NCBI GenBank assembly: GCA_950097015.1
Contig: CATNEN010000039.1
Coordinates: 8,680,001-8,744,000, forward strand
DNA length: 64,000 nt
Source: Macrostomum hystrix
Taxonomy: Eukaryota > Animalia > Platyhelminthes
Reading direction: 5' to 3'
This document shows, in pieces, positions 31,548-45,134 of the stretch. The notes beneath the pieces were generated by a model. That model was not told the origin of the DNA. It did not search any database and worked only from the letters and a program-made list of their open reading frames with translations. Within the stretch, counting starts at the first letter, position 1; each line of letters starts with the position of its first letter. The position numbers and the translations under genes are program-made.

Positions 31548-33556
31548 CTGTATGTTTGTATTCAGCAGTCCCAGGTCATTCCGGTGACAAGACATTTTGG
31601 TGACAGTCATTTCAGTGACAGAATTGGTCAGTTCGGTGACAACTATCTTTGCACCTAAATATGCTGAGAAAACAGCCTTCCACAATCCAGCAGCTGCACT
31701 TGCCTTGTCAATCCAAAACTTGAAAAAAGATTATTATACACATTTAATTAGGAACAAATAACTATTGCAACTATTGACTACTTATTAAATAATTTAATAA
31801 TTTAACTCATTTAAAGTAAGACCCAGACTTAATCAGAGCGTTGCAGCTTCTTATTAATACTTATAGCATTATTTAATTAATACTTTATAAGTGTGCATAG
31901 TTAAAATGGAAGGCTGTTTTTTAGCATATTTAGGTGCAAAAATAGTTGTCACCAATCTGACTAATTGTGTCACTGAAATGACTTGAGTTGTCACCGAAAT
32001 TCCTGCTATTTCTCTGACACCAGCTTGTCACTCCCACATTGTCAATTTCCTTAAATAACTATGAAGATATATTTCTGATAAAATCACTAACAATGGTGCA
32101 AGTGCCATGAAAATAACAAAGATCTTTAGTACCCCATGTAAATATATGAGCAGGTTATTACACAAAAATCCAAACTCACAATGTTTTCCTTATCAGCTAG
32201 AAATTCTTCATTAAAACTTTGATTGCCTGTCAGAGCTTCTTCAGCAGCCATCTGATCACTTATTACTTAAGATAAATAACTGGAAAATTGAGCATTGTCA
32301 TTTAGAATTATATTCTAGAATTGATTATTTTAATGGGCCCAAGCACTAGAGAATAGACAATAAATGGATTTACAGCATTACATTATGCCAATAAAACAAA
32401 TTTTATTAACTACAAAACTTGTTAACAGTCACTTGTTGACTGATAATTTGAATTTTCTGAATTGATGCTGCAATAAGTAGCATTTTTTGCATTGAAACCT
32501 TTCTTGTTACAAAAACACATGTTTGTGGCATACTACATAGCCATAGGAATTAATTCTAATTCAAAAAATCTAATAATAATAGAAAATTCACTAGAGTGTA
32601 GACTAATAACTGTATTATACTTTATGGGTTTCACTATAGTCAGTGCTCCCTCCATACATGCACATGCAAGCAATGAAAATATTGCATTGAGGTTGAGATG
32701 ATTGTAAAATATATATAACCAATCCAAGATCAGAAAATCGATCTGCCAGATATGCTAGTATTAGCCAGACTGTGCACATTAACAAGCATTTAATAATTAT
32801 TAATTAACATTTCCAACAATGTCTGCCCTGCCCTATACCATATGTATATCATATGGTAGGCCCCTAACTTTGTCAATGGCAGCAAACTTGAGTGAAAGTT
32901 CTTCAACATATTTGAGGAAAAATGAAAATAATTTTATAATTCATATAAAATGGACCTTACAAATAAAAATATCAGAGCAAAAATGTTTTTTATTGTTCCT
33001 AAATTGATAATCACTAAAATTAACAAGAACAGTTTCTAGAATGATTTACCTTGGATCCTAATGCATACTTTTGCTTGCATTACTTTAGATGCAAAGGATA
33101 CAACTGTATGTTTGTATTCAGCAGTCCCAGGTCATTCCGGTGACAAGACATTTTGGTGACAGTCATTTCAGTGACAGAATTGGTCAGTTCGGTGACAACT
33201 ATCTTTGCACCTAAATATGCTGAGAAAACAGCCTTCCACAATCCAGCAGCTGCACTTGCCTTGTCAATCCAAAACTTGAAAAAAGATTATTATACACATT
33301 TAATTAGGAACAAATAACTATTGCAACTATTGACTACTTATTAAATAATTTAATAATTTAACTCATTTAAAGTAAGACCCAGACTTAATCAGAGCGTTGC
33401 AGCTTCTTATTAATACTTATAGCATTATTTAATTAATACTTTATAAGTGTGCATAGTTAAAATGGAAGGCTGTTTTTTAGCATATTTAGGTGCAAAAATA
33501 GTTGTCACCAATCTGACTAATTGTGTCACTGAAATGACTTGAGTTGTCACCGAAAT
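30445..33556. repeat. Near-perfect tandem duplication of 1556 bp
   Basis: 30445-32000 is repeated at 32001-33556; ORF-track entries recur at offset 1556. Confidence 0.97.
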
Positions 33557-33598
33557 GACTGTCACCGAAATGTCTTGTCACCAAAATGACCTGGGACC
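33124..33598. mobile_element. MITE with GGTCCCAGG termini (truncated twin at 31568-32000)
   Basis: Long inverted repeats built from TTCGGTGAC subunits. Confidence 0.88.
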
Positions 33599-33842
33599 CA
33601 ATTTTTATATTATACTTTATACTTATATTATACTTTTATACTTTATAACCCAATTCAGTATTAAGTTTAAGTAACTAGGCCAACATCCTAAGATATCAGA
33701 TTCCTAAGGTCATGGGCCTAGGCCTATAACATGCAATTCAGAATAAGGCATAATAAGAAGAGTCAACAGATATCCATCTAGCAATAGGCCTACTATACTC
33801 TTGACTTACACAGGTTACAAATCTAATAAGAGCACTTTGAAA

Positions 33843-34306
33843 GGTCCCAGGTCATTTCGGTGACAAGACATTTCGGTGACAGAATTGGTCAGTTCGGTGA
33901 CAACTATTTTTGCACCTAAATATGCTGAGAAAACAGCCTTCCACGATCCAGCAGCTACTTAAAGCCTGCACCCGCCTTGTCAATCCAAAAAATGATTATT
34001 AAACATTTAATTAGGAACAAATAACTATTGAAACTATTGACTAACTCATTAAATAATTTAATAATTTAACTCATTTAAAGTAAAACCCAGACTTGATCAG
34101 AGTGATGCAGCTTCTTATTAATACTTATAGCATTATTTATTTTATACTTTATAAGTGTGCATAGTTAAAATGGAAGGCAGTTTTTTAGCATATTTAGGTG
34201 CAAAAATAGTTGTCACCAATCTGACCAATTGTGTCACTGCAATGACTTAAGTTGTCACCGAAATGACTGTCACCGAAATGTCTTGTCACCGAAATGACCT
34301 GGGACC
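33843..34306. mobile_element. MITE with 8-bp target site duplication
   Basis: GGTCCCAGGTCATTTCGGTGACAAGACATTTCGGTGACAG ... reverse complement at the other end, flanked on both sides by CTTTGAAA. Confidence 0.93.
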
Positions 34307-36047
34307 CTTTGAAAGACACTCTATGTAGTTTTGTCCTTTTGATATTGGCATTTCAGTGCAAAGGCAGCTAAAATACCAAACAGTCATAGGCTTCTATTCC
34401 TAATGGACCTAACCTTAGACCTAGCCTATTATTTCTAGCTAAGCTAGGCCCTAGCTAGCTTGTATTTGGCTATTGGCTTCGCCTTTGACACCAATATCAG
34501 CATTGGTAATTTAGAACATAGGTTGGACATGCAAATGCTCTGCTACTCAACCGCCTAAATACAGTATAACCTGCTTTATAGTTAGGCCTAGGCATCAATG
34601 AGACAAATGACAAGAGGCCAAATGCACATGCAGAATGGCACGTCTTTTAATTTTCGCATTAAGCATTTGCAACAAACTACTTTACAAGAAACAACTTCTG
34701 TTTAAATTCGAGAGTATTATGTTGTTTACGTAAAACAAGGACACGTGAACTAAATATTTACTTAAAGGTAAATAAATTTAGATTTTCAGTTATTAGTAAA
34801 AACATCTGCAGTGCTTAAATGGACACACAATTTGTGATTTATTTTTTGTAGCAGTTCTTGTTTTCGTAATCATTTGTTTCTATTTTTATGATTCTATACA
34901 TATGTAAAGTAATCCTTTACATAAAAAAATTATAATTGCTGATTGTCCACGACACAACGGTTGAACATGTCCACTGGAATGATCTCTTATAGGTGTCCTA
35001 GTAATTCTATACATTTAATTGGTGCTGCTAGTGCTGTTTAAATTATTACCCACATCGAAACATTCGAAAACGTTGGGCATTTGAGAATTCGAGAATAATT
35101 GGGTAAACAATTTTGCTGCTAGTGTCTGGGTATGAAGATTTAGAATATGAACGATTCGAGAATAATACCAAATGGTAATATTCCAGCTCCAGATAACGCT
35201 TAAAAGATGGTTCGGTTTAGGTTGGCTGTTCTCTGTTCTCTTTGCTAACAATACAGTAAGACCTTACTTTATTAGGTTTTTAGCCTAGGCCTACAGTGCA
35301 CTTGTAAAACTTCTGCAATTGCATTGAAAGGCTCTTTGCTTTATCAATGTGGCGATTCTATAGCTATGGATTTTAGCTCTTTGCTATGGCTCTGGCCAAA
35401 ATCATCATATTTCAATAGCACTGCTAGTATCTCGAATTTACAAAAAAGACCCCGCAATGAACCTTAAAACTACATGCCAATAAGCATTAGGCCTATACCT
35501 ACTGAGGCACACCTATTCTCCTCTGTTATTTACAAAAAAACAGGAGGCAACATTCGAAATTTCAGGCTTTTGTCCCTAAATCAGATAGGAAACAGGAAAG
35601 GTTAGGCCTACCAAATGTCTGATCACATTGCAACTTTATTGACACTAATCCAAAGTATAAAAAATGAACAGAGACCCCCTTATGAGGTTTTCTTTAGTTT
35701 GAAAAGCACTTTTTGATATTGTACACCACTTCGCCCTGTTTAATAGACTGAAAGAACTCAAAATTTGCCTTCAGTTCAGGTTACAGGTTAAGCATGTATT
35801 CAGAAACTAAATTCCAAGTAAAAATATCTTAAGACAGGGCTACTTAAGCCCACCCATCACAAATCAGTTCTGACAATGCTGTCCATTATTATTTTTATTG
35901 CCCCTAAGCTTTGAAATTAGGTCTAACAATGGGCACACAGTGGCCTCGCTATGGACCACAAGGCCTAAGTATGCCAATGAAAAAATGTTTAATAGGGTAA
36001 TGTATCATCAACTGAACAGTGTATCTTCAAAACCAAACAATAAGCAT

Positions 36048-36493
36048 CCGGGGGGACAGGGAAGAGCAGCGATAGCTCTGCTGCAGTCTCGGGCCAATCA
36101 GTGCTCCAACTCCTGTATGGCCTCGTTGATCCGCTGAGGTGTACTAGAGTGTCCAACCAGAGCCCAGGTCCTCATAGTGAAGTCCAGGCTCAGCTCTGAT
36201 AGAGCTGAAGTGCGATGATATCACAGCTGAGGTCGAGCGCTAGCTTCGCCAGCAACCCTCTCCGCCAGGCGGCCTTGAGAGTGCGGCAGTTCAGCGTCCC
36301 GACTCAAAGTGTGCCCTGTGGTACAGCTGGGGCTCGTTAGTGGTGAGCCTCATGGTCTCCGGCGCTGCCCAGAAGACCCAGATGGACTCGCATGGCAGCA
36401 GCTCGGCGCGCGGCACCACGTTGCCAGCCTCGCTGTTTCGTTCGCATCGGCGCTCAACTCGCCGGTGCGCGCTCCGCTGCCCCCGCTTTGTCC
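36048..36493 (-). pseudogene. Decayed non-LTR retrotransposon (RTE-like) 5' region with AP-endonuclease fragment
   Basis: Minus-strand translation *VGTLNCRTL..DLSCDIIALQ..GWTL*YTSAD..GVGALIG contains APE motifs, with stops and a frameshift. Confidence 0.8.
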
Positions 36494-36593
36494 TGCCGCT
36501 GTTGGTCGCCGCAGCAGTTAAGTGCGGCTCACTGTCTTGACCATGAGGAGGTCGCGGCATTTATCTGCACCGAAGTGCAAATAAGTTAAGACT
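36494..36593 (-). ncRNA. Degenerate HDV-like self-cleaving ribozyme at the LINE 5' end
   Basis: P1 GUCUU/AAGAC, J1/2 UUCG hairpin, P2 UGCCGC/GCGGCA, P3-L3 ACC-UCCUCAU-GGU, P4 GCCGCA/UGCGGC, J4/2 CCAA. Confidence 0.72.
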
Positions 36594-37428
36594 GCAAATA
36601 AGTTAAGACTGCTTATTTGATTTCTTTCATGTAATAAAATGAGTCTTTGCAGTAAGAGGTAATCTTTGTTGCTCAAATCGTAAATCGCAATTAGCTGGCT
36701 GCTGGCTGTTAGCTAGGTTTCAGAATTGATGTTTAACAATATCATTTGTTATATTCTCATTTCTTAATATCTTCTTAATTGGTCATTAATAGCTTGCATA
36801 GTTTGGCTTGAAAATACAATTAGCTTTTACTCTTTATTTCCAAATAGAAGAATAAGAATGTTAAAAATAGTAATTTACCAAACTTGTTTAGGCCTGAATA
36901 GTTTAAAATAAAATTATACAGCCAAAGCAACTAACAAAATTATTATATTGGTTCAACAAACATTTTTGCTAATAATAAGTGATCACTCACTGTTACTTTA
37001 AAATGGTTAGTATAGGCATGCATTAATGTAATATTTGGGTAAGGTACAAATAGGTTTTGGTCAATGTTATAATAATAATAATAATTTAATAATGCCAATG
37101 TTAGTGTTAACAAAGCTTATTCTTTATGTAGATGGCAGCTAGTATTATCTGAAGCCATTTTAATACACTTTTGACTATCATTTCTACTTAGTACTTTTGC
37201 TTTTCAAAAAAAATCTGACTAGTTAATAATTTGCTACTGAAATGTATTTCACCTTACTATCGTTTTTATAAATGATTTTTCCCTTTCAGCAGTGGCCGGT
37301 TTGAGCAGTAAAAATTTGAGCAGTAAAATTGATGTTCTCAGAGTATTAACTGTTGGGCCAGGCATTGAAAATTCTGGTTGACTTTAAATTTAGACTGCAG
37401 CGTTAAGCTCGGACACCTGCCAACAGGC

Positions 37429-40400
37429 ATGTCTGCTGAATATCCATTTTCTGCCCAGGTTAATCCGCGCCGTCCTCTGAGCACATTTCAATCAGCCCAG
37501 CAGCAGCAGCAGCAGCAACAAAAGCTCCAGCAGCCAGAATTTCAACGGCCATTTCACTCTGTTATCGATCCATCATACAGCCTATTGAACAATGTCCCCA
37601 CAGTGGCCAGTAGCTCAGTCACACCTGTGCCAGTTGCTCCGCCAGAAATTGCCGGTTCCAAAATTCTTGCCGTTGACGAAGCTGCAGCGTTTGTAGCCGC
37701 CGAATCTGTTGCCGCCAACGCTGAATTGTCGCCACCGGACTCCCAGCTCGACAGTCGATCATTTGACAGCCTGACTGGCCAACTGGACGGCGACATTGAT
37801 GAGGTCGAAGGTGAAGTCACGTGCGGTGTTGATAACGCAACGGAATGCGCCAAGTCTGAAGGCAAAGCAACGGTAATTTTATTTATACTTTCGTTGGGTA
37901 TTTAAGTCGAATCCTGTCGCTCAGAAATTCAACAGGATTTCGCATAGAAATCCCATAATCTTCGCTGAAAAAATCCTATCCAATCAGGCGTTCGCAAGGA
38001 AATTTGCTAAGAAACCCCCTAGGATTTAGCTAAGAAACCCCCTAGGATTTAGCTAAGAAATCCTCCAGGATTTCGCTAAGAAATCCCCCAGGATTTCACT
38101 AAGAAATCCTCCAGGATTTCGCTAAGAAATCCCCCAGGATTTCGCTAAGAAATCCCGCGGATGTCCACTTTATTTCCGCTGAAGTTGTGTGTTTTCGCTT
38201 CGCTCAGGCCGCTGAAGTTATTGAGCCGTTGCAAAGCATGACCGGCGGCGGCGGCGGCGCCAGCTCAGACGAAGGCCTAATTAGCGGCGAAGATGATGAA
38301 GAACGCGAAGAGGTTGACGACACTGGCGGCGCCATGCTAGACGAGCGAGACCAAGGCAGCGCGGCAACATCTGCTGGTGCCCCCGCAGCCGGTGTTAGTC
38401 GGGGCACATTTCGTAAAAAATTCGAAGCCAGCCTTCGGCGCAAGGAGGCCGCTGAATCGGCCGAGCAGTCTCGCCGACGCTGCGCCAGTGTGGCCGCTGC
38501 TGTAGCGGCCACCACCGCTTCATTTGACGACGGCAACGCTGCAGCGTCTGGCGGCGGTGGAGGCGTTGCCCTGCGGCACTCCGAGGCTGTGCGGGATCGC
38601 ATTGAGAGCTGCGTTGCCAGGGTGTCGATTAGCGGCGGAGCTGGTGAAACTTCCGCGCCCGTTGCTGTTAGTGCCGCCTGCTCTTGCGACTCATTGTGAT
38701 AATTTAGTGTCTTCCTGATCATTCAGGGCCATTCCCAATTCTTTAGGGTCGTTTCAATTTTCTTGACCCTACCCTGTCAAATCACCCTTCATGACTCTCA
38801 AGGTCATTCTTAATCCTTTAAGTTCACCCACGATCCTTCATATGTCATTTCTTTGATTCCTCTGCAATGTTCATTGATCCTTCAATAATCTCAAAATAAT
38901 CATTCCAGTATCATTTAATGTCATTCCACTATCCTTCAAGGTCATTCTACTATCCTTCAAGGTCATTCAACTATCCTTCAAGGTCATTCCACTATCCTTC
39001 AAGATCATTCCACTATCCTTCAAGGTTATTCCACTATCCTTCAAAATCATTCCACTATCCTTCAAGGTTATTTCACTATCCTTCAAGGTCATTCCACTAT
39101 CCTTCAAGGTCATTCTACTATCCTGCAAGATCATTTCACTATCCTTCAAGATCATTCTACTATCCTTCAAGGTCATTCTTCTATCCTTCAAGATCATTTC
39201 ACTATCCTTCAAGGTCAATTCACTATCCTTCAAGGTCATTCTTCTGTCCTTCAAGGTCATTTCACTATCCTTCAAGGTCATTCTTCTGTCCTTCAAGGTC
39301 ATTTCACTATCCTTCAAGGTCATTCTTCTGTCCTTCAAGGTCATTTCACTATCCTTCAAGGTCATTCTTCTGTCCTTCAAGGTCATTTCACTATCCTTCA
39401 AGGTCATTATTCTGTCCTTCAAGGTCATTTCACTATCCTTCAAGGTCATTCCACTATCCTTCAAGGTCATTCTACTATCCTTCAAGGTCATTCTACTATC
39501 CCTCAAGGTCATTCTACTATCCTTCAAGGTCATTCTACTGTCCTTCAACATCAATTCACTATCCTTCAAGATCATTTCACTATCCTTCAAGGTCATTTCA
39601 CTATCCTTCAAGCTCATTCCACTATCCTTCAAGGTCATTCTTCTGTCCTTCAAGATCATTTCACTATCCTTCAAGGTCATTTCACTATCCTTCAAGGTCA
39701 TTACACTATCCTTCAAGGTCATTCCACTATCCTTGAAGTTCATTCCACAATCCTTCAAGGTCATTTCCTTGAGTTCCTCCGCGTTGTTCTTAATCCTTAA
39801 GTACGGCTAGAACTCAGCAATGTAATTAGTAAATTAGTTGAAGTATAACGTTTTTCAGGCCAGCCGAACGCCCAGCATAGTTCGAACGGATCCTAACTGG
39901 AAGCCGGCACTGCGCAGTATGGTAAGCTGTTCGACTAGGTCAATATATTTATTTGGCTGCAAATAATAGTTGAATTTCATTTGTCACGCCGGTTCCATTA
40001 GACTTGAATTCGCCAAGTACAAAAATAAATCAATGCCTACCAACAGTTGTTGCTTTTCGCTGGTTTTCGTTTTTCTGCTACTGCAGTTACAGAGAGGCCT
40101 TCCTGTCGGCCTAGTCGTTTAGCCAGTCTAATACAAGCAGAAATATGCAGATTGGCTTTTGGTTAAACTATTGTAAATTTCGCAAGTTATTAAAAATGGT
40201 GCTTTCTGTTTACGTAACTAGCGGTTAACTGACCCAGTGTACCTCAGTGTGTGGCAGAGATTGGTTTAAAACTGCTGAAATAAGCTGTTTGATTAAATTT
40301 TGTGTAGCGAGAGTAGGGTCATTTTGGAGAGAGTGGGGTCATTTTGGAGACAGTAGGTCAGTAGGAAAGACAGTAGGAGAGAGTAGAGCTATTGGGCAGG

Positions 40401-43400
40401 AACTGGGTCGTTGGGGAGAGAGTAGGGTCATTGCGGAGAGAGTAGGGTCATTGCGGAGAGAGTAGGGTTATTGCGGAGAAAGTAGGGTCATTGCGGAGAG
40501 AGTAGGGTTATTGGGGAGAAAGTAGAGTCATTGCGGAGAAAGTAGGGTCATTGCGGAGAGAGTAGGGTCATTGCGGAAAAAGTAGGGTCATTGGGGAGAA
40601 AGTAGGGTTATTGCGGAGAAAGTAGGGTCATTGGGGAGAAAGTAGGGTCATTGGGGAGAGAGTAGGGTTATTGCGGAGAAAGTAGGGTCATTGGGGAGAG
40701 AGTAGGGTTATTGCGGAGAAAGTAGGGTCATTGGGGAGAGAGTAGGGTTATTGTGGAGAAAGTAGGGTCATTGCGGAGAAAGTAGGGTCATTGCGGAGAA
40801 AGTAGGGTCATTGCGGAGAAAGTAGGGTCATTGCGGAGAAAGTAGGGTCATTGCGGAGAAAGTAGGGTCATTGCGGAACAATAAACTCAGAATTCGACTA
40901 ATATATTATAGCTCAAATTAAGAAGTACAGTATGCTACAGAGTACAGATGATAAATATATTGATTTAGCAAGCAAAAAAGTGGACTTAAGCTCAGCTCTC
41001 GACTTCCTTCTGCCCGCAGCTCTCCACTGGAAGCAGTGGCGTCGCCGTTGGCGCAGCGCCCGCCGCATCGTCGGCCAGTCCGGCCTCGGCCGCAACTTTG
41101 CCACCGCAGTCAACCTCCGCCGGATGGCGCAACGAAGGCGGCGTCTTCCTGTTCGGCGAGCCCTCGATGAGCCTCGGCTTCCTGGCCGGGGGGGCTGGGG
41201 TCTCCGAGCAGCCCGCCCGATTAGCTCGGCCGGAGATCTCGCTGCCAGTCGGGCACATTCAGGAGACGCGCAAGGAGGGCAGCGTTCGGCTCACCCGTCT
41301 AAGTCCGCCTGTCACCTCCGGTACCAAGTCCCAGGTAAATCAGAGTTTTTACTGACTAACTCACTCTCGGTGAAGGTCTCGAGTTCGAATCCACTACGAT
41401 GCTTCTCACATCCCATTCAACCATATCTTCCGGCAGCAGTCTTCTGGCGGAGGCAGCAAGAAGTCTACTTCGGCGCAGCCGCAGCCCTACCGTCTGCTGC
41501 TGACTGGCCCGGATCTTGTCTTCTACCGGGCCGATAAGAAATCTTCAGACAAGAAGCCAGAGTTTGCTCTGAACGTGGCGGCCACTGAAATCCTGCCGCC
41601 GCCGGCGTCGACCTCACCTTCGACTTCGCCTTCGTCATTTGCCGACCTGGCCGACTCCGAGACTGACATGCGGCTGCGCTATCCGGCCGTTGGCAGAGCC
41701 GACCAATTATCCGATGACTCGCTGAGTCGCTATGCTCACTTGTATCCCAGCTTCCCTAGTACTGGACAGCAGCAACAGCACTGCTGCGATCTGCTCCTAC
41801 ACTGGGACGATCCTAAACAACGCAAGGAGTGGAGTGTGGCTCTCAGGTAGGCATCCTGCATCCTGCCCTTTGGGTCCTTTGCTTTCATTTTTTATATCTC
41901 GTACCCTGATTGGTCCATGCTCTCATTGGCTATCATATCTCGTACCCTGATTGGTCCATACTCTCATTGGCTATCATATCTCGTACCTTGATTGGTCCAT
42001 ACTCTTATTGGCTATCATATCTCGTACCCTGATTGGTCCCTACTCTCATTGGTTATCATATCTCGTAACCTGATTGGTCCATACTCTCATTGACTATCAT
42101 ATCTCGTACCCTGTTTGGTCGTCCTTAATCCGATTGTCTATTGTATCCTTTAACCTGTATCAAATGTTTTTTATCCTAGCCTGTCAACACAAATTCAATA
42201 AATTTCCTGCTTAGTTTCACAGTAGTAGGCCAGTAAAGAAAATAGTCGCTATTCGTCGCAGATACGCCAAGGATCTGCTGATGCAGCGCATGTACAGCAA
42301 GGCTGCCGGTCCGCCTATCGACTGGGGCGCCAGGCGGGTTAGCATCGCCCAGCGTTTGAACGACTTCTTTAGGCGTAGGCCGGCTTTGAACGAACTTGTT
42401 GATCGGGGCATTGTGCGCAACGAGCCAGTGTTCGGCTCCACCCTGCGCCTCATCTGTCAGCACGAGCGCACCGATGTGCCCAACTTTCTTCGTCGCTGTC
42501 TGCTGGCTATTGAATCTCACGGACTGGACACCGAGGGCATCTACCGGCTGGCTGGCAACGCTGCCACCGTCCAGAAGCTGCGCCTCATGGTTGACCAGCA
42601 GGAAAACTACGACCTGACCGTGGGCTGGGATGTTCACGTGCTCACGTCGGCTCTGAAAACTTTCCTACGTGAACTCAAAGAGCCAATGATTCCTAGCGAC
42701 ACCTTTCAGGTGAGCTGGCGCCTGCTGTACTTTACAGCCTCTTATCATATTCTGTAGCTTTATCATTTGTATCGTAGTCAAATCACCGTCAAGGTAGAGG
42801 TTAAGATTCGAATAGTTCAGGTGATATTCGATTTTGAAGGGGAAATTTCTATTTAGGATTTTTTTCGTAATGCGCTTGAATTTTGATTTGGTCAGGGTGA
42901 GATTTGATTTGGTCAGGGTGAGATTTGATTTTTTCGGGTGAGATTTGAATTGTCGGGGTGAGATTTGATTTTGTCAGGATGGGATTTGTTTCAGGTATGG
43001 TGAGATTTGAATCGGTCATAGTCAGATTTAATTAGGTCATGGCGATAATTGATTTTGTCTGTGTGAGATTTTAAGATTGTCTCCAATGCCCTGAACAGGT
43101 GATCAGCGATCACTTCAAATCTACCGAGAAGCCGAGCGTGAAACGCGAAGCGATTCGACAGGCTCTGCGCAGCCTGCCGCCGAACCACTACGCCAGCCTC
43201 CGCCTGCTCTGCGAGCACCTGGGCCGCGTTGTTTCCCAGAGTGAGCAGAGCCAAATGAACTCGCGCAACCTGGCGCTGATGTTCGGCCCGAATCTTGTTC
43301 TACCGGATGCGGCTGGCGGCAACCTGTGCCCCACCAGCAACCTCATGTACCAGAACCACGTGGTTGAGTACGTTCTGCTCGAGTCAGAACGCCTGTTTGC

Positions 43401-43407
43401 TGACTGA
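37429..43407 (+). CDS. PH + RhoGAP protein, ARHGAP9/12/15/27 family. Exons 37429-37872, 38208-38666, 39859-39921, 41020-41334, 41437/41440-41846, 42262-42709, 43099-43407
   Basis: PH domain (KEGSVRL..LLLTGPDLVFY..RKEWSVAL), family motif FFRRRPALNELVDRGIV..VFG, GAP arginine finger EGIYRLAG, LKTFLRELKEP, MNSRNLALMFGPNL. GT-AG phases are consistent. Confidence 0.92.
37985..38160. repeat. 22-bp minisatellite
   Basis: Tandem AGGATTTCGCTAAGAAATCCYC-type units. Confidence 0.88.
38918..39768. repeat. 21-bp minisatellite
   Basis: Tandem GTCATTYCACTATCCTTCAAG units. Confidence 0.96.
40308..40878. repeat. 20-bp minisatellite
   Basis: Tandem AGTAGGGTCATTGCGGAGAR units. Confidence 0.95.
41894..42120. 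repeat. 41-bp minisatellite
   Basis: Tandem TCTCGTACCCTGATTGGTCCATACTCTCATTGGCTATCATA units. Confidence 0.93.
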
Positions 43408-43409
43408 TA

Positions 43410-43850
43410 GTTTCAGTATATGTAATTTTGAGTACAGACCTGTCAGTTTCAGTATATGGAATTCTGAGTACAGACCTGTCAGTTTCAGTGTAAAGAATTC
43501 TGAGTACAGACCTGTCAGACTCAGTGCATAGAATTCTGAGTACAGACCTGTCAGATTCAGTGTAAAGAATTCTGAGTACAGACCTGTCAGATTCAGTGCA
43601 TAGAATTCTGAGTACAGACCTGTCAGATTCAGTGCATAGAATTCTGAGTACAGACCTGTCAGATTCAGTGCATAGAATTCTGAGTACAGACCTGTCAGAT
43701 TCAGTGCATAGAATTCTGAGTACAGACCTGTCAGACTCAGTGCATAGAATTCTGAGTACAGACTTGTTAGTTTCAGTGCATAGAATTCTGAGTACAGACC
43801 TGTCAGATTCAGTGCATAGAATTCTGACTACATACCTGTCAGTTTCAGTC
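43410..43850. repeat. 39-bp minisatellite immediately after the RhoGAP stop codon
   Basis: Tandem TCAGTGCATAGAATTCTGAGTACAGACCTGTCAGAT-containing units; AATAAA follows at ~44107-44116. Confidence 0.93.
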
Positions 43851-45134
43851 CACACAGTTCTAGCTTCATTGTTTTGGAACTGCAACTTATGTAATGTAAC
43901 TGGCAGTTGGTACTTGATAATTTGTACAGACAAGTCGCGCCTCTGTAGCTTTTTCTGATTTATCAAAACAAACTGTTCTGTCCTGCTTGTTTTGTTGTTC
44001 ATATCTTCCGTTTAAAGCTTGTTTATGCTTTATTTGCTTATCCCAGTGCTTCAGTGTTTGCCGCTGTATAATTTGTGTGCCAGCTAATTCTTAGCTCTGA
44101 TCGCTTAATAAATAAAAAAGCTTTGTGGTTATCTCTCTATGTGTATCTTTTATTCCAGAGTTTAACGTTTTTTAGATTTCGATATAGATTCCTAATCTAA
44201 CAGACTTATCAAAATGTTCACCTTTTGATTTAAACATCTATCTGTTTGGGTATTGTTTAATTAGTATTTCTAATTTCTATATTTGTCTGTGTTAAAAAAA
44301 GTATTTAATTCCTGATTTTGGGTGGTAATCAGTAACTACTATTAGCTGGCTCTGGTGCTGTTATAAAATGCAATCATATCTAAACAAAGCTGTTGTGTTT
44401 TTGCTCCAGCTTGTTCTTTAAATGTTCTTTAAACGAGTAGGTAAAGTTTCCGAAAATGTTTGCCATGGTTAATTTATTCTTTGCTTTTCTTTAAAGCTAA
44501 CGAACTTCAGATATTCAACATTTTAAGAGCTCAGAAATGTACATATGATTAGTTATCATTTGTTTAATATTTTATGTTTAACCCATAAGTTATGGTATTG
44601 CCTGAAAACAAATTGAATTGCTTCCATACTTTTACAGATAACCCACTGACATGCTGGCTACTTAATTCATTTGCCTCTCTTGTTTGTTTTTAATAATTGT
44701 ACGTTTAAACAGTTCTATATTCCATTGTTCCGTGTCCGGATTCTATTCACTTCGCTTGTTTTAAAATTTAATTTAACAACAAAATAATAGCTATTGTTTT
44801 GTGAGCAGTTGTGGCGTTGAGAACAATCTTGGTTATTTCTATCGTACATTTAACTTTTCTGTGTTTCCAATTGATTCCGGATATCTTTTTTTTCAAAAAA
44901 TATTGCCCATTAAAAATTTACCACATTTCCTACTGATCAAGCAAGTTTTTACTGACCATTAAATAATGAGTTGACATTTAAACTTTTTTCTTATTTTTAC
45001 ATAGCTTTAACTCGAAAAAAATATTTACCTTGTTCCTGCTTCAATATTAACTTATATAGTCGCGCGACCAATGTACTCTCTCAGGCCTACCTTAACCCTA
45101 CCCTGACCGCGTGCAATCAACCTCGATTTCAGTC

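Noticed and set aside
38918-39764. Long repetitive ORFs here and at 2822, 13888, 43343, 52004, 53478, 57073 and 61438
   Set aside because: Translations of stop-free mini- and microsatellites in introns, UTRs or intergenic DNA
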